DNA from: Enoplolaimus lenunculus
Lineage: Eukaryota
Assembly (NCBI GenBank): GCA_030248215.1
Contig: JASANG010002574.1
Span: 62,001 to 126,000 of the forward strand
Length of the DNA stretch: 64,000 bases
Direction of reading: 5' to 3'
Below the pieces are notes generated by a model, which was not told where the DNA came from, did no database searches, and was given only the letters and a program-made list of their open reading frames with translations. Below are positions 25,201 through 38,066 of the stretch, piece by piece. Within the stretch, counting starts at the first letter, position 1. Each line of letters starts with the position of its first letter. A program made the position numbers and the translations under genes.

Positions 25201-28117
25201 AATATGTTAACGTTTACAAGTTAAGCGGCTGGCATTGCGTTGATGCTGCTTACTGTAAATTTCAGTGAGTTGATTGTAACTCATATTGAGTTGAATCATT
25301 CAGTCTGAGATAAAATTATAAGAACTCAAAATTTTGAGTTGATTCAATTCAGTCTGAGTTAATCAACTCACCCAGAGTCAAGGCAACTCTGAGTGAGAAA
25401 CAACTCACCTCAGAGTGAGTTAATGTTTACTGATATCAACTCAGTAATAACAAACTCGCTAGCTGAATTGATTGATTGACTTATCGGAATTTACAGTGCA
25501 GCATCTATTATCAGTTGATGGCGTGATTTTTTTGTTTGAAACCTGAAGAAAAAGACTCGTTAACAGTGTTTAATTTGAATAAATATATGCAGCTTGTTGT
25601 GTTTCTCGAACTATGAACCGATATGAAAATTTAGATTGTTTTTGGGGACAAAACTTTGAATTTTTATCGATGTTTGTTTACGAGTTATTCGCAGATTAAT
25701 TATAACGTAGCAGCTCAAAGGGAAATCGGATTTAAAGACTATTTCTTAATATGATTTCAAGAATATAGCCAGTATTTCACATCAGTAGTAATAGGCTTTC
25801 AAACTAACGAACTGCGTAACTTGCAGATGTCAAAGTTTGCACAGTAGAGAGTAAATCGAGAGCTGCAAATGTGCTGAATTTTAAACGTCACCATACTCTG
25901 GTTCGAAAGTTATAAGACCTATCGCCAGCTGGTAATAGGTGTTACACACATTTGAGAACACTGGCTCTAGAATCCAAAATGTTATTAAAACTGTATCCTA
26001 CTCCCTTCCCCAGAAATTTCGGGAGGAGATATATCCACTCTATCAAAATCCCCTTGGATACGTCCCTGTGTGGTTTTGTTATTGCAAAGTTTGCACGATC
26101 CCTATTACTGGGGGGGTTCTTGTACACTTCCCCCTATAAATTTAAGGTTGAGGTTCAGGTTTAGGCTTAAGTATTTTACTAAACCTAAGCCTAAACCTAT
26201 GTCTGTGACGGAAAGGGTGCAAGAGCGTACCAGCTGACGATAAACACAATACTCATTGAATCAATAATTGGCTAATTTATGTTGTTATGTTTACAGTTCT
26301 GGGCGTGTGTCAAAAAGTTTGGCGGAACGCCAAAATCCGCGTCTCCTGACGAATCGTTCCGTGATATTGCGCAGTTTTTGAAATCATTTTCAAACACTTA
26401 CCGCCAAATTCAAATCGCTCGTGAAGACGAAGATCGAAAACAGCGAACCATGACAAAAGTAAGCCGCCATCGTTGCTATTGCGAAAATTTATTTTGTACA
26501 CCGGATATCCGTTTCCGTTTTCGTTGCTGGTTTCCGACAAATATCGACAGTCGTTTTTAGCTTCGTAGCACAAAAACGTCGGGAATTGCGTTATATTTTT
26601 TGTTATATTCATAGGTGTTGCTGACATTTTTGTAAGCATTCAACTTTTGTGTTGCCTAAGCCGAAGCCTAAGCCTAGCTTAGGCTTATGCTAAAACTGAA
26701 CAAAATCTATACGTAGTCATCAAAAGTTTCAAATGTTTCGTTTATCATTTGCATCAAAATCTCAGACAATCTGGTGATTATATTTGAAATATTTCAATTG
26801 GATTGGAAGTAAAAATACAACAGCCAATGAGAAACGTTTATACTTAAACAGTCAAAGTGGTTGCAATGATTTCAATGCTAAGAACACTAATTTGTATACA
26901 TTTGTTTCAATTGAACACTTGTCAGCATGGCTGCAATATTTGGCCCATGTAAAGATCAGGGGCGGAACGTTTTTCTGTGGGACTAGTATAGAGTAAGCTT
27001 AAGGTTTAGACAATTTTTTTGCCTGGCTTAGGCTTAGGCTTAGGAATATGCTCATTTTTACGCTTAGGCTTAGGAATATGCTCATTTTTACGCTTAGGCT
27101 TAGGATAAGGTTTAGGCTTATGTTTAGGAGTATGCATCTAATACTGTTCCGTTCCTGTTTTTTACATTGGCCCAACATTTGGAACCCTACTCTTTATATT
27201 TAGGTTCACATTGCGACTGGAAACACACTGAAACAATATGCATATATATCTTAACTAAATATATGCATAAACTAATGCACACTTCACCTTATAGAACAGT
27301 GTATAAAGAAAATAATTTTGTTTTATGAGCTATGTTTACAAAACTTTACAAATATACAATTAATTTGTATACTTACCTGAAAATCAGTCGGACTGTTGCC
27401 TGAATTACGTATGTGGGGCGTTCCAGCTTTAATATAAAATTAACGAAAAAAATTATATTTTATCTCGTATTTTTTAACATTTTGTCGATTTTATTACAGT
27501 TGCAAACGATGCGATCACGGCAAGCGTCGCAACAGACGATTCAGCAAATTTCAGTCGAAGGTTTGCTGAACGCGTCGACCTCAGGTGGTAATTTATCGCG
27601 TTTTTTGCGGTCTGCACGACAAAACAACATTAACAGCAATAAATCGCAAAACGCAAACGTTGGCGAATTTGACCAATTAGTTGCTGCGCTTCAAAGCGGT
27701 GAACTGTTCACTGAAGAGTTAAATCGACTCCGAACAAGTTTTCGAGGGAGTACTCGAGTACGAAAATCGTCTCTTGCCGGAGGTGTTTGTCAAACTCCTG
27801 CAGGCGGCAACAATTGCAACACAATCGATTCAAATTGCAGTGCAGACGAAAAACTACACGACAGTATGCTAATGCGCGCAGCGGCTGCAGTTGCGTGCAA
27901 AACGAGCTCAAAGTCGCATCATGCTTACTCAGGGCAGCCCAGTAAACCGAACGTTAAATCAGTTAAAGCCGCGTCTACGGCGAGTAAATTGCGCAATCAA
28001 AATTTGCAACAAGTTACCAATGGCTCTTCGAGTTCAGGCGACGGTAACTACTCATCAGCAGCAAGTACGTCTCACAAAATAAGCATTGTTGCTCAGTATG
28101 GTAATCGAGAAAGATGA
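2458..28117 (+). CDS. daam-1: DAAM-family (Dishevelled-associated activator of morphogenesis) diaphanous-related formin, 5'-partial, 16 exons
   Basis: GT-AG exons that join in frame: 2458-2571, 3519-3647, 14025-14177, 14793-14988, 15474-15603, 16360-16599, 17601-17755, 18556-18701, 19245-19340, 20326-20657, 21710-21798, 22317-22441, 23109-23263, 24460-24697, 26297-26458, 27500-28117 (3078 nt = 1025 aa + TGA). The translation contains DAAM GBD/FH3 motifs ([60 protein letters not shown]) and a short FH1 ([11 protein letters not shown]). FH2 motifs are [49 protein letters not shown] and TLLHYL. The DAD is [16 protein letters not shown] plus a basic tail. Confidence 0.93.
2663..2981. mobile_element. 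Family D PIF/Harbinger-like MITE carrying a 31-bp minisatellite
   Basis: TIR ggattgcgcta/tagcgcaaccc with TTA TSD; five copies of gtgacgcacgatgtcggacggcgccgtacga (2789-2943). Relatives at ~5338-5488, 20816-20979 (TAA TSD), ~33680-33848, ~34215-34337 and ~37785-38066. Confidence 0.75.
5002..5169. mobile_element. Family E hAT-like MITE
   Basis: c(a/g)ggcycgtagcca / tggctacgrgcctg termini, TSD aatataag/aataaaag. Relatives at ~7983-8145, ~12000-12163, ~21515-21674, ~29020-29172 and 35038-35204. Confidence 0.7.
7258..7291. repeat. (TGT)n microsatellite
   Basis: About 11 perfect trinucleotide units. Confidence 0.9.
9398..9493. repeat. Imperfect (TA)n tract
   Basis: ~95 bp containing only A and T. 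Confidence 0.85.
10685..10891. mobile_element. Telomeric-repeat-bearing MITE (family A, Merlin-like)
   Basis: ~27-bp TIRs starting GGCC(C/A)ATGTA, perfect 8-bp TSD aaaatgtt, internal (GCCTAA)n arrays. Confidence 0.85.
11225..11420. mobile_element. Telomeric-repeat-bearing MITE (family A)
   Basis: TIRs ggccaatgtaaagaacaggggcgg / ccgcccctgatctttacatgggcc, perfect TSD catatatg, internal GCCTAA runs. Confidence 0.85.
13614..13922. mobile_element. Family A MITE with internally amplified 42-bp TTAGGC-containing unit
   Basis: Same TIRs; TSD atattttt/atatttgt; repeated unit ttaggcttaggcttaggaatatgctcattcgtacgctttgac. Confidence 0.8.
14193..14512. repeat. ~38-43-bp tandem repeat x8
   Basis: Unit aatttactcaacttcagttcaaactattttttgt(t)n, starting just after the exon 14025-14177 donor. 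Confidence 0.9.
15640..15893. mobile_element. Family B ~250-bp CACTA/CMC-like MITE
   Basis: Ends CACTGT...AAATTTCA / GGAATTTACAGTG with many internal GAGTT/AACTC motifs. Other copies at 16897-17128, 17926-18178, 25251-25498, ~35690-35899, 36227-36439 and in the 58-63 kb cluster. TSDs are variable 2-bp (ct, ca, ta, ga, tg). Confidence 0.78.
17779..18207. mobile_element. Family A MITE interrupted by a family B (CACTG) element at 17926-18178
   Basis: The host consensus tactact|gttcc is split by CACTG...CAGTG with a 'ct' duplication. Confidence 0.8.
19743..19816 (+). pseudogene. tRNA-like sequence (pseudo-tRNA or SINE head; Thr-like, GGT in the anticodon loop)
   Basis: A box TAGCTCAGTGA, anticodon stem gcgga/tccgt, T arm gtggg-ttcgagc-ctcac. 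The acceptor stem has two mismatches. Confidence 0.5.
26942..27172. mobile_element. Family A MITE
   Basis: Full TIRs, TSD caatattt/caacattt, TTAGGC arrays. Confidence 0.85.
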
Positions 28118-28660
28118 TGATCTATCTTGGTGGTTTAGCTTAATTTGAATAGCTTAGTGATATTTGGATACAGACATTTTGAAGAATTCAATATAGCGAT
28201 TTTTAGCAGAAATCAAAGAACAATATTAAATAGCGAATGGAAATTGGGCTGAACTACAACGAACTTAATTTAATTTGGCCAATTACGTTTGAGCTGAACG
28301 AAAAACGAATCAATAATTAGCCAATTATATGTTGACCGGGTCGAAGGAAGAACTTGGTCGGTCGATTATTTGACAATCGAATTAGGGCGGAGTGTTTCCG
28401 CTACGATCACGAGTCAGAGAAACTGGCAAGGCGAAAAATGGAACCAGAAATATTTTGGCCCTTATGCAGAACAGTTATCGCAAAAAATATGAGAGATTTA
28501 GTAAACATGAGACTAACCGTTACTCTAAACCTAAGCTTAAGCGAACGCCTAAAAACGTACGATATTTTCGGGATTTGTTCTGCACATTGGCGAATGATGT
28601 GGAAATGTGCGACAAAAATGTATATATCTCAAAAATATTACGTTCTGGTGTGCAAGTGGA

Positions 28661-28825
28661 CACTAGCGGATCCAGAGGGGGCGGGAGGAGGCGTGTGCCA
28701 CCCTTGTCAGAATATTTTTGTGATAAAATGATAAGGGATCAACCTTACAATTTTTCACTCCTATGGAACATTGTCTTTTAAACATTTGCCAGTCCCCTCG
28801 TCAGAAATTTTGGGATCCGCCACTA
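28661..28825. mobile_element. Family F hAT-like MITE
   Basis: Ends cactagcggatcc / ggatccgccacta with perfect 8-bp TSD caagtgga. A second copy at 29447-29626 has TSD ggtgtttc. Confidence 0.78.
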
Positions 28826-30839
28826 CAAGTGGACCTTTAGACGCAAACTTGTAATAGGAGCATCATATGACACCATTTTAAGCAATATTTTTATTCTATT
28901 AACCTACATTCATAAACGATTAGCGTACTATGGGGGTGCATGTACATCCCCTGGCACACTTCTTCCTGCCGACGCCTATGCTCAACGGCAGTTGGCCCTA
29001 GATAATGTAATTTTGGCCCTGCAGACAAAGAGGGGTCAGGTGGTCTCAGCCCTCCTGGAAAAATTCTCCTATAAAAAATTTTCAACCATGCTTGTAACTC
29101 ATCCCAAGCCCTTGTATGCCTGCCCTGAAAATTTTTTAGCCCCCTAGCAAGGTTAGCTAGCTACCAGGCGTGTGTAATTGACACTTTGTTGCCTCTGAAA
29201 AAGTAATTTTAGTTTACATAAACAGTGCGCTTCGATCATCAAGTGTCATCGGTTGTATATTCGATTTTTGAGCGTAAAAATAAACATTTATTTCTTCGGT
29301 TGCATGCAGTTGCGTTTGCAAACCCAATGTCGCCGGTAAATATAGGATTTCATTTCGGAAGGGTATAAATGTTCGGGTGAGCAGCGGCTTGTTGCGTGCG
29401 AGCGTAGTGAGCAAGAAAATTTTGTGTTTAATACAGAAGGTGTTTCTAGTGGCGGATCCAGGATCTCAAAATGGGGGGGGGCAAAATTTCACAGGTAATA
29501 CTTATTTTTGACCCATACTGTAGTGACCGAAATAAAAGGGGGTCCCCATTTTGAGTCCCAATATAACTTTTGTCGAGATGTTGTTGGGGGGTCACGGCCG
29601 GGGTGGCCCCCGTGGATCCGCCATTGGGTGTTTCAAACCGTTTTAATACTACTTTTCGTGCCTTTGTAGGATTTCAGCAAAGGCCCAGGTTCTAGTTTTC
29701 CGTGTATACGCCCCTGACGGTTGACGATGAACCTAGATTTGACTGGTGATAGGCAGGGTGCAACCGGATATCCGGTTCCGGGTTTCGCGATAAAATTGGT
29801 TTTCGTTTCCGTTATAGACGTACCGGATATTCTGTTATTTTTATGCTCGAAATTTTAGTTGTAAATCCCGTATACGTCTAGAAGGTTTTCATTAATACAG
29901 AGATGGTGCAAATTGTTTCAAATGAAATAACAATTACGAAATCCATCCAAAATCTTAAAAAGTTCGGTGCATCCGCAATTTTATCTTTCAAATTATAGAA
30001 AGTCTGGTGAATATTTACACATCTCATTTGTGATGGCAGAAAAATAAAACATCTCTGATACATGTTATGCTTCAATATCCAATTTCCGTTAATGTTATTT
30101 TGAACACTATCCGTTTCCGTTATTTGAACTATCCGTTTACACTCTGCTGATTTGGGGTAACTTTTACTAAAAATTGAAATTATTACCGTAAAACTCGTCA
30201 GTACTTTTGCGACCTTCAAGAACCGGCCCAAGAACCCAAAGCATATTGCTAAGCTTAGCAAAAAATGGTCTAAAGTAAAAGTCTACTCTGTTGTAGTTCC
30301 ACTTGAAGACTGGATGCCCCTATAATTGACATGAGTCGTTAAATCTCATGCGTCCGTATAAATATCGAGGGTAAAACGTTTTTCTGAGGGATTGTAATAG
30401 AGTAAGCTTAAGCTTTAGACTAATTTTTTGATTAGACAAGGCTCAGGTATAAGCTCTTCTTTACGATTAGGCTTAGTTCTATACACTCGTCCTTTTCCGG
30501 AAATTAACCTTGGCCAGCAAATCAGAACATTTTCCGAAATGCAGCGTAATTTGGTCTAAAAATATACTCTTTATGGCCTGTAAAAACTGTAAATTCCGAG
30601 ACGTGGACAATATTTCTAACCAGCATATGTTTGATTAATATCATATACGCAGAGTATAAACTTCAAATTCAAACAAAAGCTTTTAGCTGTCAAGTGACAG
30701 ATGGTTAAATTTCAAACAAGGCATTTCAAATTCGGTCTACTTTTAAGAATTTTCATTTTGGTGGATTTTAAATTAATTTCCTGTAATTTTCGATTTCATA
30801 CTTGTTAATTTTTTTGCTTCACAGCCTAACAATGATTAT

Positions 30840-31030
30840 GGCCCTTGTCACTTTAAGGGGCGTAAAGGTTCCTGGTGGGTCTATAAAACAGTGGGTGTAG
30901 ATTCTATATTCCAAATTTTGGCTTAGGCTTAGGCTTAGGCTTAGCAACACATTTTTGCAAAGCTTAGGCTTAAGTTTAGGCTTACGAATACGCTTAATCT
31001 ACTGTTACACCCCTAAAAGTAACATTGGCC
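30840..31030. mobile_element. Family A2 MITE (variant TIR ggcccatgtyactttaaggggcgt) with TTAGGC arrays
   Basis: Perfect TSD atgattat. Same subfamily at 38542-38749 (atgcattg/atgcattc) and 53014-53220 (aaaatttt/gaaatttt). Confidence 0.8.
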
Positions 31031-31664
31031 ATGATTATCATAGGTCTAGTTTAAATACACTGATGGATCGTGTATTAAAAATCAGGGGCGGGACGTTTTC
31101 CTGCTGGACTGCTGTTGAATGAACGTAAGCTTTAGACTACTTTTTTTGCTTATAATTACACGTTTAGGCTTAGACTTAGAAATATGCTTATACTTCTGTA
31201 ACGACCCGGTTTTATAAAACGACCGCACTGTTTGAAAGGGCATCGGTTGCACGACTTTATGCGGATGCTGCGGATGGCGACCGACGAAACCGATCATCCA
31301 ACTGAGTCAATAATAAATTTTCCATCTCCGGCGCAGTTTTGGTTAAATACCCTATGAATTTCACGCTTATTTCAATTATCGCACGCTTGGCTTGTAAGGT
31401 TTGTTCCGGGATTATACACTGGATGTGCCCATCCTGAGAAGGTTCGTTCATTTTGAATAAGCTTCACTGCCCTGTTATGATACTTTACTAAGATGGCCTC
31501 GTCGCATAGTTTGACGGGGATCGAATGCCTACCCCCTTGCCGTGGTACCTGGTACGTAACCTTGTTCTCTACAAAGGTATAGCTGACATTTCATTTCAAT
31601 ATTTGTGATGCAGTACAGCGAGCTCGGAAAAGTCGCTGCCTTTTATAGAGACGGTAATAATTCT

Positions 31665-32002
31665 GGCCAATGCCCATAGAACAGTGCCGGAACAGTAGCA
31701 TAAGCGCATTGCTAAGCCTAAGCCTAAACCTGTGCCTAAGCCTAAGCGTAAGGAAGCTTTAGCATTCGGATAAACCAAACCCGATATCTAAGCCTAATGC
31801 CTAATCGTCAACCTAAGCCTAAACCTAAGCCTAAATCGATACCTATACCTATAAGCCTATCGCGTAAGCCTAAACCTAACCATAAGACTAAATGCCAATA
31901 AGCATAAAACCTAAGCTCAAGCAAACATAGTATAAAGCTTAAGCTTACTCTATTGCAGTCCCGCGAAAAAAACGGTACGCCCATGTGATCTGTACATAAA
32001 CT
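31665..32002. mobile_element. Family A MITE with long degenerate GCCTAA array
   Basis: Perfect TSD ataattct; ~200 bp of degenerate CCTAAG/CCTAAA units. Confidence 0.78.
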
Positions 32003-33679
32003 ATAATTCTAAAGCTTGCAAAAATTGCATTGCACAAAGTACAACCCCCTGTGGGTCGCTTGTAACAGTGTTTCATTTCGAACCGCTGACAGACAAAAAA
32101 CGTTTCCAAGGTTTACCGTCAGCTTTAAACTCTGGCGTTTGTGAGTTGTCACACATTTTGCCCTTTTGCAAACGTGCGCCTTACCATCAAAAAACAGTGT
32201 TTTGCAACGCCTTATACGATGAATAACAAAGCAATACACTGCATGCAGTTGAGTTTGCTTTTTGCATTTTGTTTTTTTATATTTGTTTTTATTAATATAC
32301 TGACAACTGTTAAAGATAAGAATTCATTTCGGTGCTGATGGCAATTTTCGCCAAAACCGTTTTCATGTGCCTCCAGAAGTTGTGAAAACCTGTTGTGCTT
32401 ACTGTTCCACTGTCTTGGTAACCGGCACCCGGATATTTGAAAAACACTGTCGGATTGAAACCTGGGAGAATGAACAATTTTTAGGCTTAGGCTTAGGAAT
32501 ATGCTTAATCCACTGTTACGCCCCTTAAAGTACTATTGGCCATTATTCGCGATGTTGCCTTAGCGAGGTCGTGTTTAGATGGTTGTATTCAATCACAGTT
32601 TAATTTGCATAAGTATTGTATGTGACATGTAAACGACGTACGTGTCGTTTGTGACATACGTAACAAGCTGATTGTAATAGTTCATCTGGCTTAGGTTAGG
32701 TTTAGGCTTAGGTTTAAGCTTAGGCTTATGAATATGCTCATTCTTACGCTTAGGCTTAGGCTTAGGCTAAGGCTTAGACTGAGGAATATGCTTATATTAC
32801 TGTTCCGCACTTGTTCTTTATATTGGCCGTTCATTTAGTGGTTAGCGTTTAATCGGTTAGCAGTTTGCTTTGCGCACAGGGTTGATATTTTCCACCGGGC
32901 ATAGGTTCGAAACTGGCTTAGAGCTTAAAGTTAAAAAAAGGCGTTTTTCAACTCTGGTCTATCGTTTGTTAATATTATTATTATTATTTCAAAAATTTCA
33001 GGATATATTTCGCCTACTCGAACGCAAGCATAACAAGTTTCAAACCTGCGCGCATGTATAAATCAGGGGCGAACCGTTTTTCAGCGAGACTGCAATAGAG
33101 TCAAGCTTGAACTTTGGAACAATTTTTGTTGCATAAGCTTACGCTTCGTTAATTCATCCTCACGCTCAAGCTTTACGCTTACAAATATGTTTAGATATAT
33201 TGCAACGGCTTAATTTATCACACTTTGCCCCCCCCCCTTTTCACGTAAATATGTTTAAGCTGTATACCACAACGTCGTCAAAGAGGGGAGACAGGGGGGA
33301 GTGGCCACACAATTCAAATACAAAAAATTAACCCCCACCCCAAGGCTCTATCACGTCAAAAAAGCCCCTGCTGACAATATTCATTTATCAAAGTCTGTCC
33401 AGCCACTGCTCGTTTTAATCATACCATCACAGTTCACGTTTGTGTTTTAAAATTAGTTTTTTTTTAATTCAGTGTTTGTTTTTTTGCAAATATTTGCTAA
33501 TATCATTAAAACAAATTAAAATGTGTCTTTTAGTAACCTATGAGCAAGCCTATAGAGACCGTATTCTGAAACGGCAAAAGCTCCAACTATCATGAGTTTA
33601 TCGATAAGTGTACTATTAACAAGCGAACTACTGCGCCTACAAGTGGAAAGTTTCACACCGTTGTAGAAAAAAATCGTAA

Positions 33680-33848
33680 GCACGGCGCCGTATGGGTGAC
33701 GAACGGCGCCGTATGGGTGACGGACGGCACCGTATGGGCGACGGACGGCGCCGTATGGGCGACGGACGGCACTGTATGGCCGACGGACGGCACCGTATGG
33801 ACGACGGAGGGTGACGGACCGCGCCGTACGACCAGTATAGCGCAACCC
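33680..33848. repeat. 21-bp GC-rich minisatellite inside a family D element
   Basis: Unit ~gggtgacggacggcgccgtat repeated about 6 times, ending in the TIR gtatagcgcaaccc-tta. Confidence 0.8.
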
Positions 33849-36800
33849 TTAAACTTGATAAGTTTTGTGAAATTTGACATACATATTAGTTCAAAAACAA
33901 AATATAGTATTAATATATACTGGTGGTAATAGGAATCATTGACAGTTCGGAATTCAAGTTTATTACTTTAGCAGAGCATTCGTTTCTACTTTCTTAATAT
34001 ATATTGCCATGACAAATACACAAATTATATTTTACCTTGCAGGTACACATTTACTGAAATTAACCGCATACAATTTTTGAAACGGTTTTACCACCCTCGC
34101 TCTGAAAATAATGCGACCGCAGTATCCTACTTTGCCCAGGGGCCTTTCAACAAATGTATCCAAACCTTCTTTGATCAGTTTTCGGCTTGAGTATGCTACG
34201 GATTTAGAATTGAGGTATACTTGACGTACCGGCGCCGTCCGTCACCTTGCGTCACGACGGACGGCACCGGACGCTACCGTGCGGGTGATGGACAGCGCCG
34301 GATGGCGCCGCTCGTCAAAAAAACTATAGCACAACCCTTATGTGTGGATTTCGCAACGACACACATAATCATGTAATCTGTACCAAGAGTGAATGATTGC
34401 TCTTATACATACAAAAGTATCCAAATATGTAGAAATTTGATTTTCACAAAATGTACCAGCGCACGTTGCATTTTGCCTAAACCCACCGCATTTATGGCAG
34501 GGTTTGACGTTGGTTTTCGCGTTCATTATATGTCTCACAAAAGTATATACGACGGAACTCGTGAAAGAATTAACTGTTCATTGTACAAAATGCGTCAATT
34601 GTAGCGCCCCAGAAACGGGATGGAACACGAACAAAACGCCGCACGCGATGCGCACGCCAACAAGGACAAATGGCAAAATAGGTTCTATCGTTGGCTAAAA
34701 TTATCGATATTTTTGTTTCCAAAAACAACGTCGTACCTTAAGCTTCAAGAAAACTATTTTTGTTTTTATCTGTGGCAAACCTTATCCCGTATTTTTTATA
34801 GTTGCCTAAGGTTATATTTTACGTAAGCATCAATGTTCTAAAGCATCGAAATAATTACTATATAATGTACCAAAGGTTACATAGCTAATAACCATGTAGT
34901 GCTTTATAGTTTGGGTTTCACTAGAGTCTGCCCTTATGTTTAGGTTCAAAGCCCTTTGACTGATTAATCTACATGTTGCTTTGTCCTGGAACGCTTACGA
35001 AACTGTAATTGTTATACAGTATAATAGATGGCTTGTACGGGCCCGTAGCCAGGAGGGGAGTTCAGGGGGGCTCAGCCCACCCTGGAAAAAATTTGGCCCC
35101 TCCTAGAAGATTTTCAACTTTGCTTGTAAGTCACTGAAAACCTTTAAATGCCCCCTCCTGAAATATTTATAGCCCCCTAGCAAGGTTGGCTGGCTACGGG
35201 CCTGTGCCTGTAATACGGCATTAGCCCTTTTTGCATAGAGATTAACATAATTTTACGCGAGTGCCGCAGTACTGAGTTGCAATATCGGGTTCGAATCCTA
35301 ACTTGAAATTTGATCTCATATGAAATATACATGGCATGAAAGGGTTAATGGAAACATTCAGACAACTTGTCGGCCAACAGTGGCCTAAAACCTATGAATA
35401 TATATAATTATCACTAGCGTACACTGCAAAAAATTGTGATTAGATTGACTCTCTCCGAAATAGGCTTTTCGGGACTCCATAAATTGAGTCAAAATTCATC
35501 TTCGCCAGAGTCAAATTCGATTCACTGATTCACTCGTTTGAATCTGGCGGATTCGAATTTGTCTCAGTTTGTGTAGTCTCGAAAAACCTATTTCGGAGAA
35601 AGTCAATTTGACTCATCTTTATTTGCAGTGTAATCTTAGCCTAAGCCAAACCATAACGATGGTTGAAGGTGGCCAATTATTGATTTGATGAAACCCAGTC
35701 TGAGTTAAAGACTATCAGAACTCAGAATTTTGAATTGATTCAATTCAATCTGAGTTAATTAATCAACTCATCCATAGTCAACTCTACTCACTGTAAAAAT
35801 TATCTAAACCCAGGGTGAGTTCTTGTTTACTGATATTAATTCAGAAATAACCAACTCGCTAGCTGAATTGATTAATAAACTCATTGGAATTTACAGAGTG
35901 GTTTCGTAAATCCAGCTAATACATGCAACGGTTAACGCTGATGAACGCAACAGCAAGTTTGCTGTAAAAATATTAAATAAGAAATACTAGTCAACGAGGT
36001 TGCAATAGATTTGAAATGAAACTTGTTTCTTTGAAAACACTAATTTTCACGTATTTGTCTTTTTTTTATTAAGTGTAAATGTGAATGTAACATATCTAAA
36101 TTACATGTATAAATTTAACTTATATTAAAATTTGTTTAGGCAGCTGGCTTCGTACGTAAAATACAGCTCAATACAACACCGTTCACCAGTAGGTTTAGGT
36201 TTTAGCTTTATATTCGTAAGACTTTACACTGTAAATTTCAGTGAGTTGATTAGCTCAGAATGAGTTGAATCACTCAGTCTGAGTTAGGACTTTCAGAACT
36301 CAGAATTTTGAGTTGATTCAGTTCATTCCGAGTTAATTAATCAACTCACCCAGTGTCAACTCACTCAGAGTGAGAATCAAATCAACTCAGTGTAAGTTAA
36401 TGTTTACTGATATTAATTCAGAAATTGGAATTTACAGTGTAGTTCTTTCATTAATGTTTCATAGAATACAAATTGTTAATTAGAAAATGAATCAGACTGC
36501 AGTTGAACTGCAGATATAAAATCTCTTGAGTCTCCCAGCACTGTTTCATTTGAAAATTGATCCAGGGTCCACAGGAACGAGTGACACGGTTGTGGAAAAC
36601 CGAATTCCATACGACAATAAGATTTTGAACAATTTTCAATTCCGGGTAATTGAATTGTATTTGTATGCGTAGTCAGGAATGCATTGCAGTAAAACATATT
36701 ACCAGTTTGCAAATTAATAAAAAAATTTATCCAGTTTGCAAACTGGCTTTGTATTACATTTCAACTACTAAATTTATTGAAGAGATAGCTTAGTTGCGAC

Positions 36801-37784
36801 ATGTATACAACAGGGCCGAAACGTTTTTCTTCGGGGCTGTAATAGAGTCAGCTTAAGCTTTAGACTAACGTTTTTGCTTAGGCTTAGGCTTAGGTTTAGG
36901 CTTAGGAATAGGCTCATCTTTGCGCTCACGCTTAGGCATAAGCTTAGGCTTAGGCTTAGGAATATGCTTATCCTACTGTTCCGGTCCTGTTCAATACATG
37001 GGCCACTTAGTTTTTTTTGGTAATTGCTGTGTTTAGTGTTTGGTTGCGGTGTAAATTTACACCATCTTTACCAAACGCCTAACTAAGGTAAAATAAATAC
37101 CAGGCAGCGTGACTGTGGCGCCACCCAGAAGCAATGTTACGTACCACTTGGGGTCAAGCTAATTACTAAACATGGTTCCACAAATGTGCATACATCCCCT
37201 GATTTTAGGAACTATTCTTAATTGAAACGCTTTCAATTACTCTGTCCTTAGCATATAGGCCCGTATTTTCAAATGTGTGTAGCGCCGATTTTACAAAAAA
37301 ATTTCGGAGGGTTGAAAATGGTACGGCAGGGACCATACTGTTTTAGTTCAAAAAATTCTCACGGGGGTCTGGCTTACGCTCCTCCCGCCCCACCCTGGAT
37401 CCACTAGTGATTCAACGCCGGTTTTTAAACTGCAGTTTATAGGTGTTTACCGGACAATAAGTTTCCTATACTTAATCATGTGTGGTACCAACTACTAACC
37501 CAATATATTTAAATATATTTATCTTGAACCTATGATAAATATGGCTTTTTTGGCCAAACTCCGGCGTGGCCGTAAGATGTGTGCCTAAGAACTGTACGCA
37601 GTTTCTTTTTTGTATGCCGTATTTATTTTGTTTGGCTTATATTTGGCCGGCTGACAAATAGGAAAACTACAATTTTTGCCCGTGTTTCTATATTTGAGAA
37701 TGTTTCGATTTGAATCGAGACTCAATTGCAGGATTACAGGCGGTATTTTTTGGGGTGATAATCCCAGGAAGAGGGGAACGAGTT

Positions 37785-38066
37785 GCGGCGCCGTCCGTCG
37801 CCGTGCGTCACTCATACGGCGCCGTCCGTCACCCGTACCACACCATCCGTCACCATACGTTATCATACATGAGTTATTTGCATACAATACCGCCCAAGGA
37901 CGAACGGCGCCGCACAGTTGACGGACGGCGCCGCACGGGTGACGGACGGCGCCGCACGGGTGACGGACGGCGCCGCACGGGTGACGGACGGCGCCGCACG
38001 GGTGACGGACGGTGCCGCATGGGTGACGGACGGCGCCGTACGTTAACAAAAACAATAGCACAATCC
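37785..38066. repeat. 21-bp minisatellite inside a family D element
   Basis: Unit gggtgacggacggcgccgcac repeated about 6 times (37900-38040), ending tagcacaatcc-taa. Confidence 0.8.

Noticed and set aside
31715..31925. TTAGGC tracts as a chromosome end or telomerase RNA template
   Set aside because: The tracts are short, degenerate, in both orientations and enclosed by TIRs and TSDs. No copy stands out as a unique structured RNA.
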